Part shown: positions 24,301 through 31,580 of the stretch, in pieces | Layout of the letters: every line of letters starts with the position of its first letter | Numbering within the stretch: position 1 is the stretch's first letter | IMG/VR virus record: IMGVR_UViG_3300007640_005613 | Coordinates: 1 to 31,580 of that record | Origin: a virus | Taxonomy: Duplodnaviria; Caudoviricetes | DNA: 31,580 bases | Strand: one strand, 5' to 3' | Program-made: the position numbers and the translations under genes | Notes under the pieces: model-generated | Told to the model about the DNA's origin: nothing | The model's input: only the letters and a program-made list of their open reading frames with translations | The model's database searches: none

Positions 24301-26147
24301 ATGGTTTTAATGACGCAATGGCAGACAGTGGTGTAACAGGTTTTAATGCTTATGTTTCAGCATTTGCTGGGGCTATTGTTTTTGCATTAGGTGCGGTAGC
24401 TCTTTATCATGACGTAGGTAAGGCTATTACTACTGGAATTACAGGGGCTCTTGCTATAGGGAAACTAATTACACTACCTGTGAGATTTGGGATAAACTTA
24501 ATATTAACAAAAGTTTTAGGTGATGCTGCTGTAGCAGCTATTGCGACAAAAGGATGGGGTGCATGGATTGCTACAAAATTGGGGGCGGCTGTAGGAGCTA
24601 CTGTAGCCACAGCAGGTGCTAAACTAGCTGGTGGTGCTGGTGCAGTAGCAACAGGGGCAAAAGCAGTGGGAGCTGCTATTGCAGGTGTTTCTGGAGCTAA
24701 ACTACTTGCCATTGTGGGTGTAATAGTATCACTAGGTTTGATGCTCGGTGCTATTTTTATGAGTGATGAGCAAAAAGAAAGTGTCACTCAAGGTATTGCC
24801 GATTTTTTTGCTGGATTTGGGCTTGATTTTGGTATTGGTGCGAGAAGTACCCCAACAGTAGAAACTGATTTAACTGTTGACCCAACTATTGCCTTATATG
24901 ATCCAGCTAAAAATCTCGCACCTGAAATACAAACTGCGTTACAAAACCTTATTGATTCTGGCGATTATACTCCCGAAGAAATTACTACTGTTATTGATTA
25001 TTTAAATGTAGGCTTAGCGGAAGATGCAGATGTTACTGTTGATCCAGCTTTTTGGCAAGACGTTTTTAGTAAGATAAGTGCTGAATTTGGTACAACAGGG
25101 GCTGTTTATGATTTAGGTGAAGAAATACCAAATAGCGTAATGCCTGAAGGTCAAATAGCTATGCCTGAAAGCAATAAATTAATGTTAGAACTAAGTAGAA
25201 ATGCTATTAACGCTTTAATAGACCAACTACCCGAAATAGTAGAATTGACTGAAAGCCAAAAAGCTGAATTACAAGCATCAGGGCAACTAGTGGGCGAAGC
25301 TATGATGCGTGAATGGCTTGGAAGTTTAGAAGCAAGTATAGCGGGTATTGGCAGTGAAACCAGTGATACAGTAGAAGATGGTGTTACTGATGAAGCTAGT
25401 AACGGATTTACACCTTATGTAATAGAAACAGGTGAAATTGTTGTATTTGACGCTACTATTAATGAAGAACAAGCAGAGGAAGTTGGTGCAGAAACACTGG
25501 ATTTATTCACTGATGCTTTTAACAGGGGTATGACATCTGAAGATTATAATGCAGAGGTTTTAGTTCCTTTTGAAACGAATTGGTTAAATTTATTCGGTGA
25601 TGAAGGAACAGTAAAGAAAGCTATAGTAGATTTCTTTACAGCATTTTCAGTAGGCATGGCAAGCCTTGAAACCCAAATGACTGCGGCATCAACTGGTATT
25701 ACAGAGCCTGCGAATCAAATATGTACCAAAATAAGCACGATGGCAGACTGTATTGAAACATCTATGATTGGTGCAAGAGATGAGGTTTCTAAACTACTTG
25801 CTGAGTTACGTAAACTTGCATCTATATCAACTAATCTTGTTATCAACGTAGCGGTTACAGGTGCGATTAACGTACCAGACCCTGCAGACAACAGTAACCC
25901 ACGAGCTAAAGGGGTTTACACAGTACCTCGTAATGGTTGGAACGCTACCCTACACAGAGGTGAGATGGTTATACCAGCAAATATGGCAGACCAAATACGC
26001 GACATTGGTAATGTACCATCGTCAACTATCGGCAACGTTAAATCCAACGGTGGTAGTACGTCAGGTGTAACGAACGTATACATCGAAGGTGTCGTCAGTG
26101 TTGACGAACTTATGGAAGAACTAGAACGTCGAGGTATTGAACTGTAA
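21318..26147 (+). CDS. Tail tape measure protein (TP901-family N-terminal domain)
   Basis: 1609 aa; AASDFDAAMRNI TP901-type core, hydrophobic segments, internal repeats, C-terminal ATLHRGEMVIPA. Confidence 0.95.
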   Translation: MAERLAYLEAVVGADITQFRKGMRDIRNETGILSETISGISGAARTATFAISAPLATLGTYTVQAASDFDAAMRNINSITGMSEAQLKSLSDEVRAFSSTTRGGAVDAANSLYTVFSAGVTDIELAMNTMEVATKTADAGLADMETTTEALVASMLSYGTEVVSAERASDSLTQMVQIGVGSMQNFANSLSKALPSAAALGVEIEDLYASMAYMTQRSFSASEAATAINQGMSSLMKPTEDMEKAMRSLGANGVEELMEKYKTLGGAVKALVDTTDGSSASIAKLFSNIRGKRFVDTILNDFDTYNKTLEEFNRTVEGATERAYAEQMKSFAAQWDLMTSAVENASIAIGLELLPVLAPVIGKIAEIFSAISQLEPITLKMGVAFSGLLIVLPPLIWLLSSLVNPIGGLITLFGVVTGKMVAAEGGIGGFVDSLEKAVPELSTIRREIDRIFGAPYQTETPTAEDLGLYAYETAPIDFATMQSGDTIWDYFLTRTDTNQTWDEFKQEWIDRNGKLTFSVGDLVELPTGSFMEWVGEELMSASELREAYRKQEVYTSDFYEMNTDTEAWSVPMEMQMLQLRQTIDDNIKPAIIGIAKQVSTWFTNSFNLVIASIDEFGSEMFDSLTQAMQLMVTGKLLGLFSTDILSEKVGDFFNIDVRTPFKNLISSFNTFLLNFGDWLVSVGLPVLFRGIGRFVSESANLGIKLLSKFGDFLKDVNLTTLANDIQYAIIDPFLQGFDDLFGAKTGTILKNKFQLAGLKIVQGLTNIFDQIKSNFTIDSLSDFIGDIFDINPAKSMPTLFSSLRTLADNIGSWLIDVGIPMVAKGAGRFISEVAILFVKGFANLTSLIGAGNFQTLIDTIVTPFTDGLKASFDTAFSFNDFIATFEKGVVNIITFLRNVFANLTQYISPTLIGDAIGLLFNLDDNTTILPNITANFSTLLSEVGNWIITDGIPLLTYGIGRLWGELGILMGEGLAGLGNYIESGNFGNATQALADGFNDAMADSGVTGFNAYVSAFAGAIVFALGAVALYHDVGKAITTGITGALAIGKLITLPVRFGINLILTKVLGDAAVAAIATKGWGAWIATKLGAAVGATVATAGAKLAGGAGAVATGAKAVGAAIAGVSGAKLLAIVGVIVSLGLMLGAIFMSDEQKESVTQGIADFFAGFGLDFGIGARSTPTVETDLTVDPTIALYDPAKNLAPEIQTALQNLIDSGDYTPEEITTVIDYLNVGLAEDADVTVDPAFWQDVFSKISAEFGTTGAVYDLGEEIPNSVMPEGQIAMPESNKLMLELSRNAINALIDQLPEIVELTESQKAELQASGQLVGEAMMREWLGSLEASIAGIGSETSDTVEDGVTDEASNGFTPYVIETGEIVVFDATINEEQAEEVGAETLDLFTDAFNRGMTSEDYNAEVLVPFETNWLNLFGDEGTVKKAIVDFFTAFSVGMASLETQMTAASTGITEPANQICTKISTMADCIETSMIGARDEVSKLLAELRKLASISTNLVINVAVTGAINVPDPADNSNPRAKGVYTVPRNGWNATLHRGEMVIPANMADQIRDIGNVPSSTIGNVKSNGGSTSGVTNVYIEGVVSVDELMEELERRGIEL

Positions 26148-26848
26148 TGGCATATAAACCTGACATACGAGTAGGCATTGATTGGAATAATGACGGAGTT
26201 GTACATCTTACAGGCAAGTCTGATACCATCGTATCAAGTAGTACACCGCTTGTGTTAAACGGGTCTAGTTTCTTTGCCCCTGATGACAACTCAGTACAGA
26301 AAGCAACGTTCTCCCCCGCTTTAGGGGGAGAGTACGACTTAATACAAGGAACAGCTAGTCTTATAGGTGAGTATAGTGGTGATGGCTCATTTATTTATAC
26401 GACAATACGAAATGATGAGTTCGCACTAAACTATGACCCACCAACAGGAGATGTATACACATCGTTAGCCCATCAGTTATCGCCTGTAGCAGGACACCCA
26501 GTAAGTAGTATATCATTGTATATGCGTAAAGTAGGCACGCCTACAGGTACACTTACATTACGTGTTGAGACAGACAATGCTGGAGAGCCATCAGGTGAGT
26601 TAGTTAACTACAATGCAGAAGCAACTGTAGACGTATCTACATTAAATACATCGTTTGCTAACGTATCGTTTGACTTTAATGGATTTTTTAATGTAAGAAG
26701 TGCATACATTTACTGGCTTGTATTAACATCGGACAGCGTGGTATCATCAACAGACTATGCTGTATGGGGTGTTTTCTATAACACTAATGTTGATAACTTT
26801 GTTTTGAACTTTAATAGTATAAACGATACGTCAGTTACGTTACAATAG
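26147..26848 (+). CDS. Minor tail protein (beta-sandwich / adhesin-like domain)
   Basis: Coupled to the tape measure (TAATG). N-terminal VGIDWNNDG; SSISLYMRKVGTPTGTLTLRVETDNAGEPSG...YWLVL resembles the choice-of-anchor-R-type domain. Confidence 0.65.
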   Translation: MAYKPDIRVGIDWNNDGVVHLTGKSDTIVSSSTPLVLNGSSFFAPDDNSVQKATFSPALGGEYDLIQGTASLIGEYSGDGSFIYTTIRNDEFALNYDPPTGDVYTSLAHQLSPVAGHPVSSISLYMRKVGTPTGTLTLRVETDNAGEPSGELVNYNAEATVDVSTLNTSFANVSFDFNGFFNVRSAYIYWLVLTSDSVVSSTDYAVWGVFYNTNVDNFVLNFNSINDTSVTLQ

Positions 26849-26857
26849 GAGGTTACT

Positions 26858-27322
26858 ATGGCGTGGTCAACACCTAAAACATGGGGTACTGAGGTGCTAA
26901 CCTCAGCAGATATGAACCAATATATTCGGGACAACCAAAACTTTTTAAAGGATGCTGTAGACCCTTTACCTTTTCAAAACAATCCACGTAATGTTACATA
27001 TAGCACAAATGTTACGTCTTGGGCAAATGTAGACGCTACCAATTTAAGTGCCACTTTAACTACTACAGGTGGTAACGTGTTACTAGGGTTACAAGCGTCT
27101 TGTCGTACTGCAGCTAACAATGAAATTAACCTACGTGTAGCTATTGATGGCGATAACCCATTTTATATCAGAGTTCAACGCAATGAGTATAACGTCAACG
27201 CATCTTTTGTAGGGGTAGCCTATGGTCTTACCGCAGGAAGTCACGTATTTCGTTTACAGTGGAAAACTACAGGTGGCACGAACTATTTAGTTGCTCCTTT
27301 GTTCTGGGTAAGAGAGGTATAA
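26858..27322 (+). CDS. Putative short tail fibre / receptor-binding protein
   Basis: SD AGGAGG. MAWSTPKTW...VLTSADMNQYIRDN anchor followed by a beta-rich head ending GLTAGSHVFRLQWK. Paralog of 29919..30458. Confidence 0.65.
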   Translation: MAWSTPKTWGTEVLTSADMNQYIRDNQNFLKDAVDPLPFQNNPRNVTYSTNVTSWANVDATNLSATLTTTGGNVLLGLQASCRTAANNEINLRVAIDGDNPFYIRVQRNEYNVNASFVGVAYGLTAGSHVFRLQWKTTGGTNYLVAPLFWVREV

Positions 27323-27323
27323 C

Positions 27324-27779
27324 ATGCTAGACATTAACAAGGATATTTTAACGTCTATTAATGCACTTATTGTTGTTGCAGACACTATTCTAGGTGAGGC
27401 TACAGCAGGAGTGACAACAGGCAATGGTGCAACAATACACCTATTAGACGAATCTGAATTAGCACAAGCTACAGCAAATAGTATCCTAGACAATTGGTCA
27501 GCACTAACTGTTACGGCGGATAGCCCTGTCATTGATGAAGGTGCTGGCAATGTGACAATTACATGTAACGACGTAGCGATTGCGGATGACACAGAGGTTG
27601 GATATGTTGTACTTCTAGACGGTGAATTGTATGATAATGGCACAGATACAGTTACAGGGAACAGTGTAAGTTTGATTTTAGCTGACCCAGTAGATGGTAC
27701 ATATGAAGTTTATGTGTATCGTTTAGTAGACACATTTGCATCAGGGTATGCTATAATAACAGTAAACGAGGTAGCCTAA
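27324..27779 (+). CDS. Hypothetical acidic protein (tail region)
   Basis: 151 aa with a beta-rich C-terminal half; tightly coupled to neighbours. Confidence 0.7.
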   Translation: MLDINKDILTSINALIVVADTILGEATAGVTTGNGATIHLLDESELAQATANSILDNWSALTVTADSPVIDEGAGNVTITCNDVAIADDTEVGYVVLLDGELYDNGTDTVTGNSVSLILADPVDGTYEVYVYRLVDTFASGYAIITVNEVA

Positions 27780-27970
27780 TGCCTAAACGAATAGAAGCAA
27801 CAAGTGATGATGCACAACTGTTAGTAGAACGCAAGCGTCTACGTAAGTATATAAAAACCTTACGACAAGACTTTGATGACCTGCCTAATGCACAAAAGTG
27901 GAAGTTAGTCAAACAGGTGCTGATTGCGTTACTACGTATAGAGATGACGCGTATACCTCGAAAGGATTAA
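27779..27970 (+). CDS. Small basic helical protein
   Basis: 63 aa; SD GAGG and TAATG overlap. Confidence 0.65.
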   Translation: MPKRIEATSDDAQLLVERKRLRKYIKTLRQDFDDLPNAQKWKLVKQVLIALLRIEMTRIPRKD

Positions 27971-27972
27971 TC

Positions 27973-29910
27973 ATGGCAATGCTAACCCAGACAGATGGGG
28001 CGTGGACATCCCAACCGTATTCCAATGGTATATTTTCAACAGTCACTGGCGACGAAAAAGGTGATGCACGTTATATTGAGATAGACTACGATGAGTTTGT
28101 CGTCCCTAGCAACGTTAAATGTAGTGTAGGGTTCTATGCTAGATGTACAGCAGGTACACATGATGTAGACTACGAGCTAGTGGACTACAACGCTGAGACA
28201 CTAGCTGAGACCGTGTACACAGGTACAATTAGTCTAACAACGACATTTCAGTTAATTACAATTGATGCGACTACCCGTAAACTGAACCCGCATAGTGTAC
28301 GTTTAACGTTATCCCCATCTGCTGGTGAGCCTGAAACTATTGTTCAAATATACGGTTATACCGTGTTCAAAACAGCAGATGGATATACGTATGAACCATC
28401 AAATACATCAGTCTATGATGATATATCGGGGGACTTGCTTAATTTAAGATGGCAGTTGGGGCATAATAACTTTTATGGAACAATTCCATTTGAAGGTACG
28501 TTAGAACTAACATTAACTAATGTAGACAAGAAATATAGTCCTGCATACACGGATAGCCCGTTACATGGTAGTCTAAAGATGAACCTGCGGACTATTGTTC
28601 AAATGAAAGACCCTAGTGAAACTGAGTGGACTACCATGTGGACAGGGTGGACTGAATCTTATCAGGTTAGCGTCGGTAGTGCTAGAGAACGTAACGCTAG
28701 AATTAAAGCTCGGCAGGGTGTATTTAGATTTAGAGAAGGTTCGTTAGTCATTAACCCATACAGAAACTCGCGTATCGACCCAGTGATGCACGACTTAGTT
28801 GTTAACTCAGGTTGGTTGCTAGGATACTATAACGACGATTTCGACCCTGATGATTATGGTATCTATGACGTATGGGAACGTATTGACAAAGGGGTTACTT
28901 CTTACGAGTACATAGGTGACGGTTGGAATAACACAGTTGACCTAGAAGCTGGAATGAAAGACCTGCTAGAAGCTGAAAACGCTAAATTAATTATCAATCG
29001 GCGTGGTGCATTAGAATTACACAACCGTAACAGTACAGCATATACTGGCTTTCCTAAAGCTGTAATCAACATAGACGAATTAAACAAAACAGACTATGAG
29101 TACGGGGCTAAAATGATTAACACCGTAGAAGTGTCTGTAACACCTAAAGAGTCCGCCACTGACGAAGTGATATGGGATAGTAAAGGGGACATTTATGTAC
29201 CCGCTAACGGAACATCTGAACAGTTTAAGTTAGAGTTCACATTTGAAGAAGGGTTGCCTAAATCCATAGAAAACATCCAGTTAAATCAAGATAATATGGA
29301 GGTACGTGTAGCAAGCGGAAAAAGAGACGAACCAACCGAAGAGTACGACAACCCATTTGAGATTACTGATCCTGTTGTATTGGCAAATGTGACTATACAA
29401 GCAGAACAATTAGCTACAGGCGAGGTGTTTGTCTATGTACAAAATGATAATGATTTCAAAGTCTATGTTGCGTTTAAAATCAAAGGTAACTATATTCGTT
29501 CGGGAGAAGGTATCATCTATGTATACAAAGATGAAGATGCGATTGCTGATAGTAAAGCAGTATTTACTGAAAAGATAACGACTAAAATTGCAACAACAGG
29601 GGCGCAAACTAAAGGTTTAGCAGAGTATAGATTGCTAAGAGATGCCTACCCTAGTGGCGAATTTAAGTCAATTGAACTAATAAGCAAAGACACGGCTAAT
29701 TTTAATATGATAAAATCTATGACTATTGGTGACATCATATTAGTTAGTGAAAGCCAAACAGGTGAGCAAAACAAACCACACATTATTGTTGGTGAGCAAT
29801 CTAATGCTAAAAATGGTATGTTAAAAATTACCTTTCAATTAGCACGTACTTTGGAAACTGCATACTTTAGATTAGGCGACCAACTAGACGATAAGCCATT
29901 ATTTTTATAG
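27973..29910 (+). CDS. Tail tip / baseplate hub-like protein
   Basis: ORF 27898..29910 with likely start ATG 27973 (SD AAGGA). Carbohydrate-binding-like N-terminus, then DDISGD...GTLELTLTNVDKKYSP...WTGW and C-terminal IGDIILV, typical of tail hub proteins. Confidence 0.75.
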   Translation: MAMLTQTDGAWTSQPYSNGIFSTVTGDEKGDARYIEIDYDEFVVPSNVKCSVGFYARCTAGTHDVDYELVDYNAETLAETVYTGTISLTTTFQLITIDATTRKLNPHSVRLTLSPSAGEPETIVQIYGYTVFKTADGYTYEPSNTSVYDDISGDLLNLRWQLGHNNFYGTIPFEGTLELTLTNVDKKYSPAYTDSPLHGSLKMNLRTIVQMKDPSETEWTTMWTGWTESYQVSVGSARERNARIKARQGVFRFREGSLVINPYRNSRIDPVMHDLVVNSGWLLGYYNDDFDPDDYGIYDVWERIDKGVTSYEYIGDGWNNTVDLEAGMKDLLEAENAKLIINRRGALELHNRNSTAYTGFPKAVINIDELNKTDYEYGAKMINTVEVSVTPKESATDEVIWDSKGDIYVPANGTSEQFKLEFTFEEGLPKSIENIQLNQDNMEVRVASGKRDEPTEEYDNPFEITDPVVLANVTIQAEQLATGEVFVYVQNDNDFKVYVAFKIKGNYIRSGEGIIYVYKDEDAIADSKAVFTEKITTKIATTGAQTKGLAEYRLLRDAYPSGEFKSIELISKDTANFNMIKSMTIGDIILVSESQTGEQNKPHIIVGEQSNAKNGMLKITFQLARTLETAYFRLGDQLDDKPLFL

Positions 29911-29918
29911 GAGATGTT

Positions 29919-30458
29919 ATGGCATTAGAACCTACATGGACTGAGCCCGTAGAGCTAAGTACAAATGACGTACTAACAGCTACTGCTATGAACCAGCAAG
30001 TCTATCAAAATATTTTGTACTTGCGAGAGCCTTATGAATTAAAAATTGCAACTATGACGGCTAACCAAAATATTGAAAATCAGCAAGAATGGGCAAATAT
30101 TACAGATTTACTAATTAGTATTGTTTGTCCACTTGGTAAAGCCCTAGTAACAGTTAATTTGCCTTACTTGTATCGTGAAGATACCAATGATGCTAGATAT
30201 GTTCGTTTTGGGCTTGTCTTAAACGAAGATACAGCAACCCGAAAAATCATACATACAAACTCATCTCGAGAAGCTACTGATGGTGTGTGGGGTACAGTAT
30301 CTAGTACGGTGTTTTTAACTGGACTAGAAACAGATACAGCAACAGCTTTTCGTATTCAAGTGTACAATGACTCAGCTACAGGTAGTAGTAGTGACATCCT
30401 TACTGTCTATGGTGGTAATCCTTACCTAAGTCAACTAGCGGTGCAGGCTATAGGATAG
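29919..30458 (+). CDS. Putative short tail fibre / receptor-binding protein
   Basis: SD AGGAG. WTEP...DVLTATAMNQQVYQNILYL anchor; paralog of 26858..27322. Confidence 0.65.
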   Translation: MALEPTWTEPVELSTNDVLTATAMNQQVYQNILYLREPYELKIATMTANQNIENQQEWANITDLLISIVCPLGKALVTVNLPYLYREDTNDARYVRFGLVLNEDTATRKIIHTNSSREATDGVWGTVSSTVFLTGLETDTATAFRIQVYNDSATGSSSDILTVYGGNPYLSQLAVQAIG

Positions 30459-30476
30459 TTTATGATAGATTATAAT

Positions 30477-30505
30477 TTGACGCTAGTTGCTTACTATGAT
30501 ACAAT
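30477..30505 (+). promoter_or_regulatory. Sigma70 promoter, extended -10
   Basis: TTGACG (30477-30482), 17 nt, TG-a-TACAAT (30500-30505). Confidence 0.7.
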
Positions 30506-30537
30506 AGTCTTAGACCATTTACCTATCAGGAGACACT

Positions 30538-30969
30538 ATGGAAAACTTAGAACTTATTATTGCTGGTTTAGATATTAGCTCTGTTTTAATTAACGGCGTA
30601 CTTGTGGCGATTATTGTTGGCGTACTTGCTATTGTGCGTACACTAGGACTAGATAACCTATACGCCCGTCATGAAAAACAGCTAAAACTGATTACTGAGG
30701 TTGCACCTGACGTATTTATGCGTATTGCGTTCCCAGCAGTTGACGACCTAGAGTTTCAACAAGCATTAGATTATTACGAAGGGGTTGCTGCTGAACGTGC
30801 TAGCTCAGGGCTATCTTGGATTGACCCACGTATGCTATACGCTATTGACCGTGTAGAAGAAAGTTTACCTGAAGGATATAAGGTAGACCTGAATATCATC
30901 ATTGATAAACTAGAAACTATCTACCGTAAAATGAAAGCTGACGGCGTGTTTGACGGACGTAGTAACTAA
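30538..30969 (+). CDS. Membrane protein, putative holin (LL-H-like topology)
   Basis: One N-terminal TM helix and a soluble helical tail ending IIIDKLETIYRKMK. Follows the tail genes; has its own promoter and terminator. Confidence 0.55.
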   Translation: MENLELIIAGLDISSVLINGVLVAIIVGVLAIVRTLGLDNLYARHEKQLKLITEVAPDVFMRIAFPAVDDLEFQQALDYYEGVAAERASSGLSWIDPRMLYAIDRVEESLPEGYKVDLNIIIDKLETIYRKMKADGVFDGRSN

Positions 30970-30987
30970 AATAAAGACAAGTAATGC

Positions 30988-31019
30988 AAACGCCTGCTTA
31001 TAGTGGGCGTTTTTTATTT
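30988..31019 (+). terminator. Rho-independent terminator
   Basis: AAACGCCTGCT-TAT-AGTGGGCGTTT stem (with G:U pairs) followed by a T-run. Confidence 0.75.
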
Positions 31020-31029
31020 AGGGGGTATT

Positions 31030-31580
31030 ATGTTAGACCGTAGACAATTGTTAAAACAGCACGTTATTGACGGTGTTACCCGTGACAAATTAGTAGAAGC
31101 ATACGACACGAATATGGATAGAATACGCGGACAATTAAGTAAAGCATGGGATGATAACGCTGTGGTGCAAGACACACTAAAAACAGCGTTAAAATCAGCA
31201 AAAGGGCAAGAACAATACAAACTATCACAACGTCGCATTGTGACTGAATCAACTGCGTTTTTAGAGGATTACAGGGATAGTTTAGCCGATGAAGGGGGTA
31301 CACGACTTGCAGTATTCGCATCTGACCAGCATTTGCCATTTATACGCCTAGACTATTTTGACCTGTTACTACAAATACTAGAATATTTTTCAAATGATAT
31401 TGCGTACTATTCATCCTTAAATGACTTGTTTGATTTTGAAGGTATGGGTCGCTGGGAACAACTACCTGACGAACGGCGTGCTGTCTTTGATAGTAACATA
31501 GAAAACAACTACGTATTAGCGCGGATTATTACATCTGCTATTAAACGTAAAATACCTCATGCTATGCTTGTCGGTTTGAC
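31030..31580 (+). CDS. Calcineurin-like metallophosphoesterase (3'-truncated by the window edge; absent from the ORF track)
   Basis: ATG 31030 after AGGGGG; open to the end of the window. Translates to MLDRRQLLKQ...VFASDQHLPF (DxH)...SLNDLFD (GDxxD-like). Confidence 0.75.
   Translation, partial: MLDRRQLLKQHVIDGVTRDKLVEAYDTNMDRIRGQLSKAWDDNAVVQDTLKTALKSAKGQEQYKLSQRRIVTESTAFLEDYRDSLADEGGTRLAVFASDQHLPFIRLDYFDLLLQILEYFSNDIAYYSSLNDLFDFEGMGRWEQLPDERRAVFDSNIENNYVLARIITSAIKRKIPHAMLVGL

Noticed and set aside
4549-25861. Other nested + strand ORFs (starting at 4549, 6583, 16827, 20315, 25861)
   Set aside because: Unlike 3817..4206 they show no recognisable motif or convincing SD; treated as chance frames.
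1303-29607. Minus-strand ORFs in the track (e.g. 2131..2835, 8942..9376, 21335..21796, 22991..23572)
   Set aside because: They are antisense shadows of well-supported + strand genes, with no motifs or convincing SDs.
26858-30458. Diversity-generating retroelement or invertible fibre switch
   Set aside because: No reverse transcriptase, invertase, near-identical TR/VR pair or flanking inverted repeats seen.
31014-31339. Minus-strand ORFs 31014..31238 and 31076..31339
   Set aside because: They overlap the + strand metallophosphoesterase starting at 31030, which has an SD and catalytic motifs.

Overview
About 31.6 kb of a tailed dsDNA bacteriophage (siphovirus-type). Every credible gene is on the + strand. 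Left to right: an AT-rich non-coding control or end region (1-700) with repeats and promoters; small early genes; a C5-cytosine methyltransferase flanked by two paralogous tandem-HTH genes; a promoter-driven tRNA-like RNA; a PAPS-reductase/PP-loop protein; a primase-polymerase/SF2-helicase fusion; nucleotide-pool enzymes (dATP/dGTP diphosphohydrolase-like, ThyX); a packaging/head/neck/tail module (TerS, TerL, portal, scaffold, capsid, neck, tail tube, frameshifted tail chaperone, 1609-aa tape measure, tail tip and fibre genes); a holin-like gene; and a truncated metallophosphoesterase. I saw no integrase, DNA polymerase, endolysin or CRISPR array. Main observations: (1) a ~103-nt alanine-identity (G3:U70) tRNA-like RNA resembling the tRNA-like domain of tmRNA, with no anticodon arm or mRNA-like domain; (2) a methyltransferase whose motif IX is encoded by a nested +1-frame gene with its own Shine-Dalgarno; (3) no Pro-Gly or Gly-Pro dipeptides found by eye in the proteome, implying CCNGG/GGNCC avoidance; (4) a tail-tip gene apparently split by an inserted fibre cassette; (5) one domain shared by the capsid and tail tube, and a LysM-like domain inside the tape measure. 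All family calls come from motif recognition by eye; no database searches were run.
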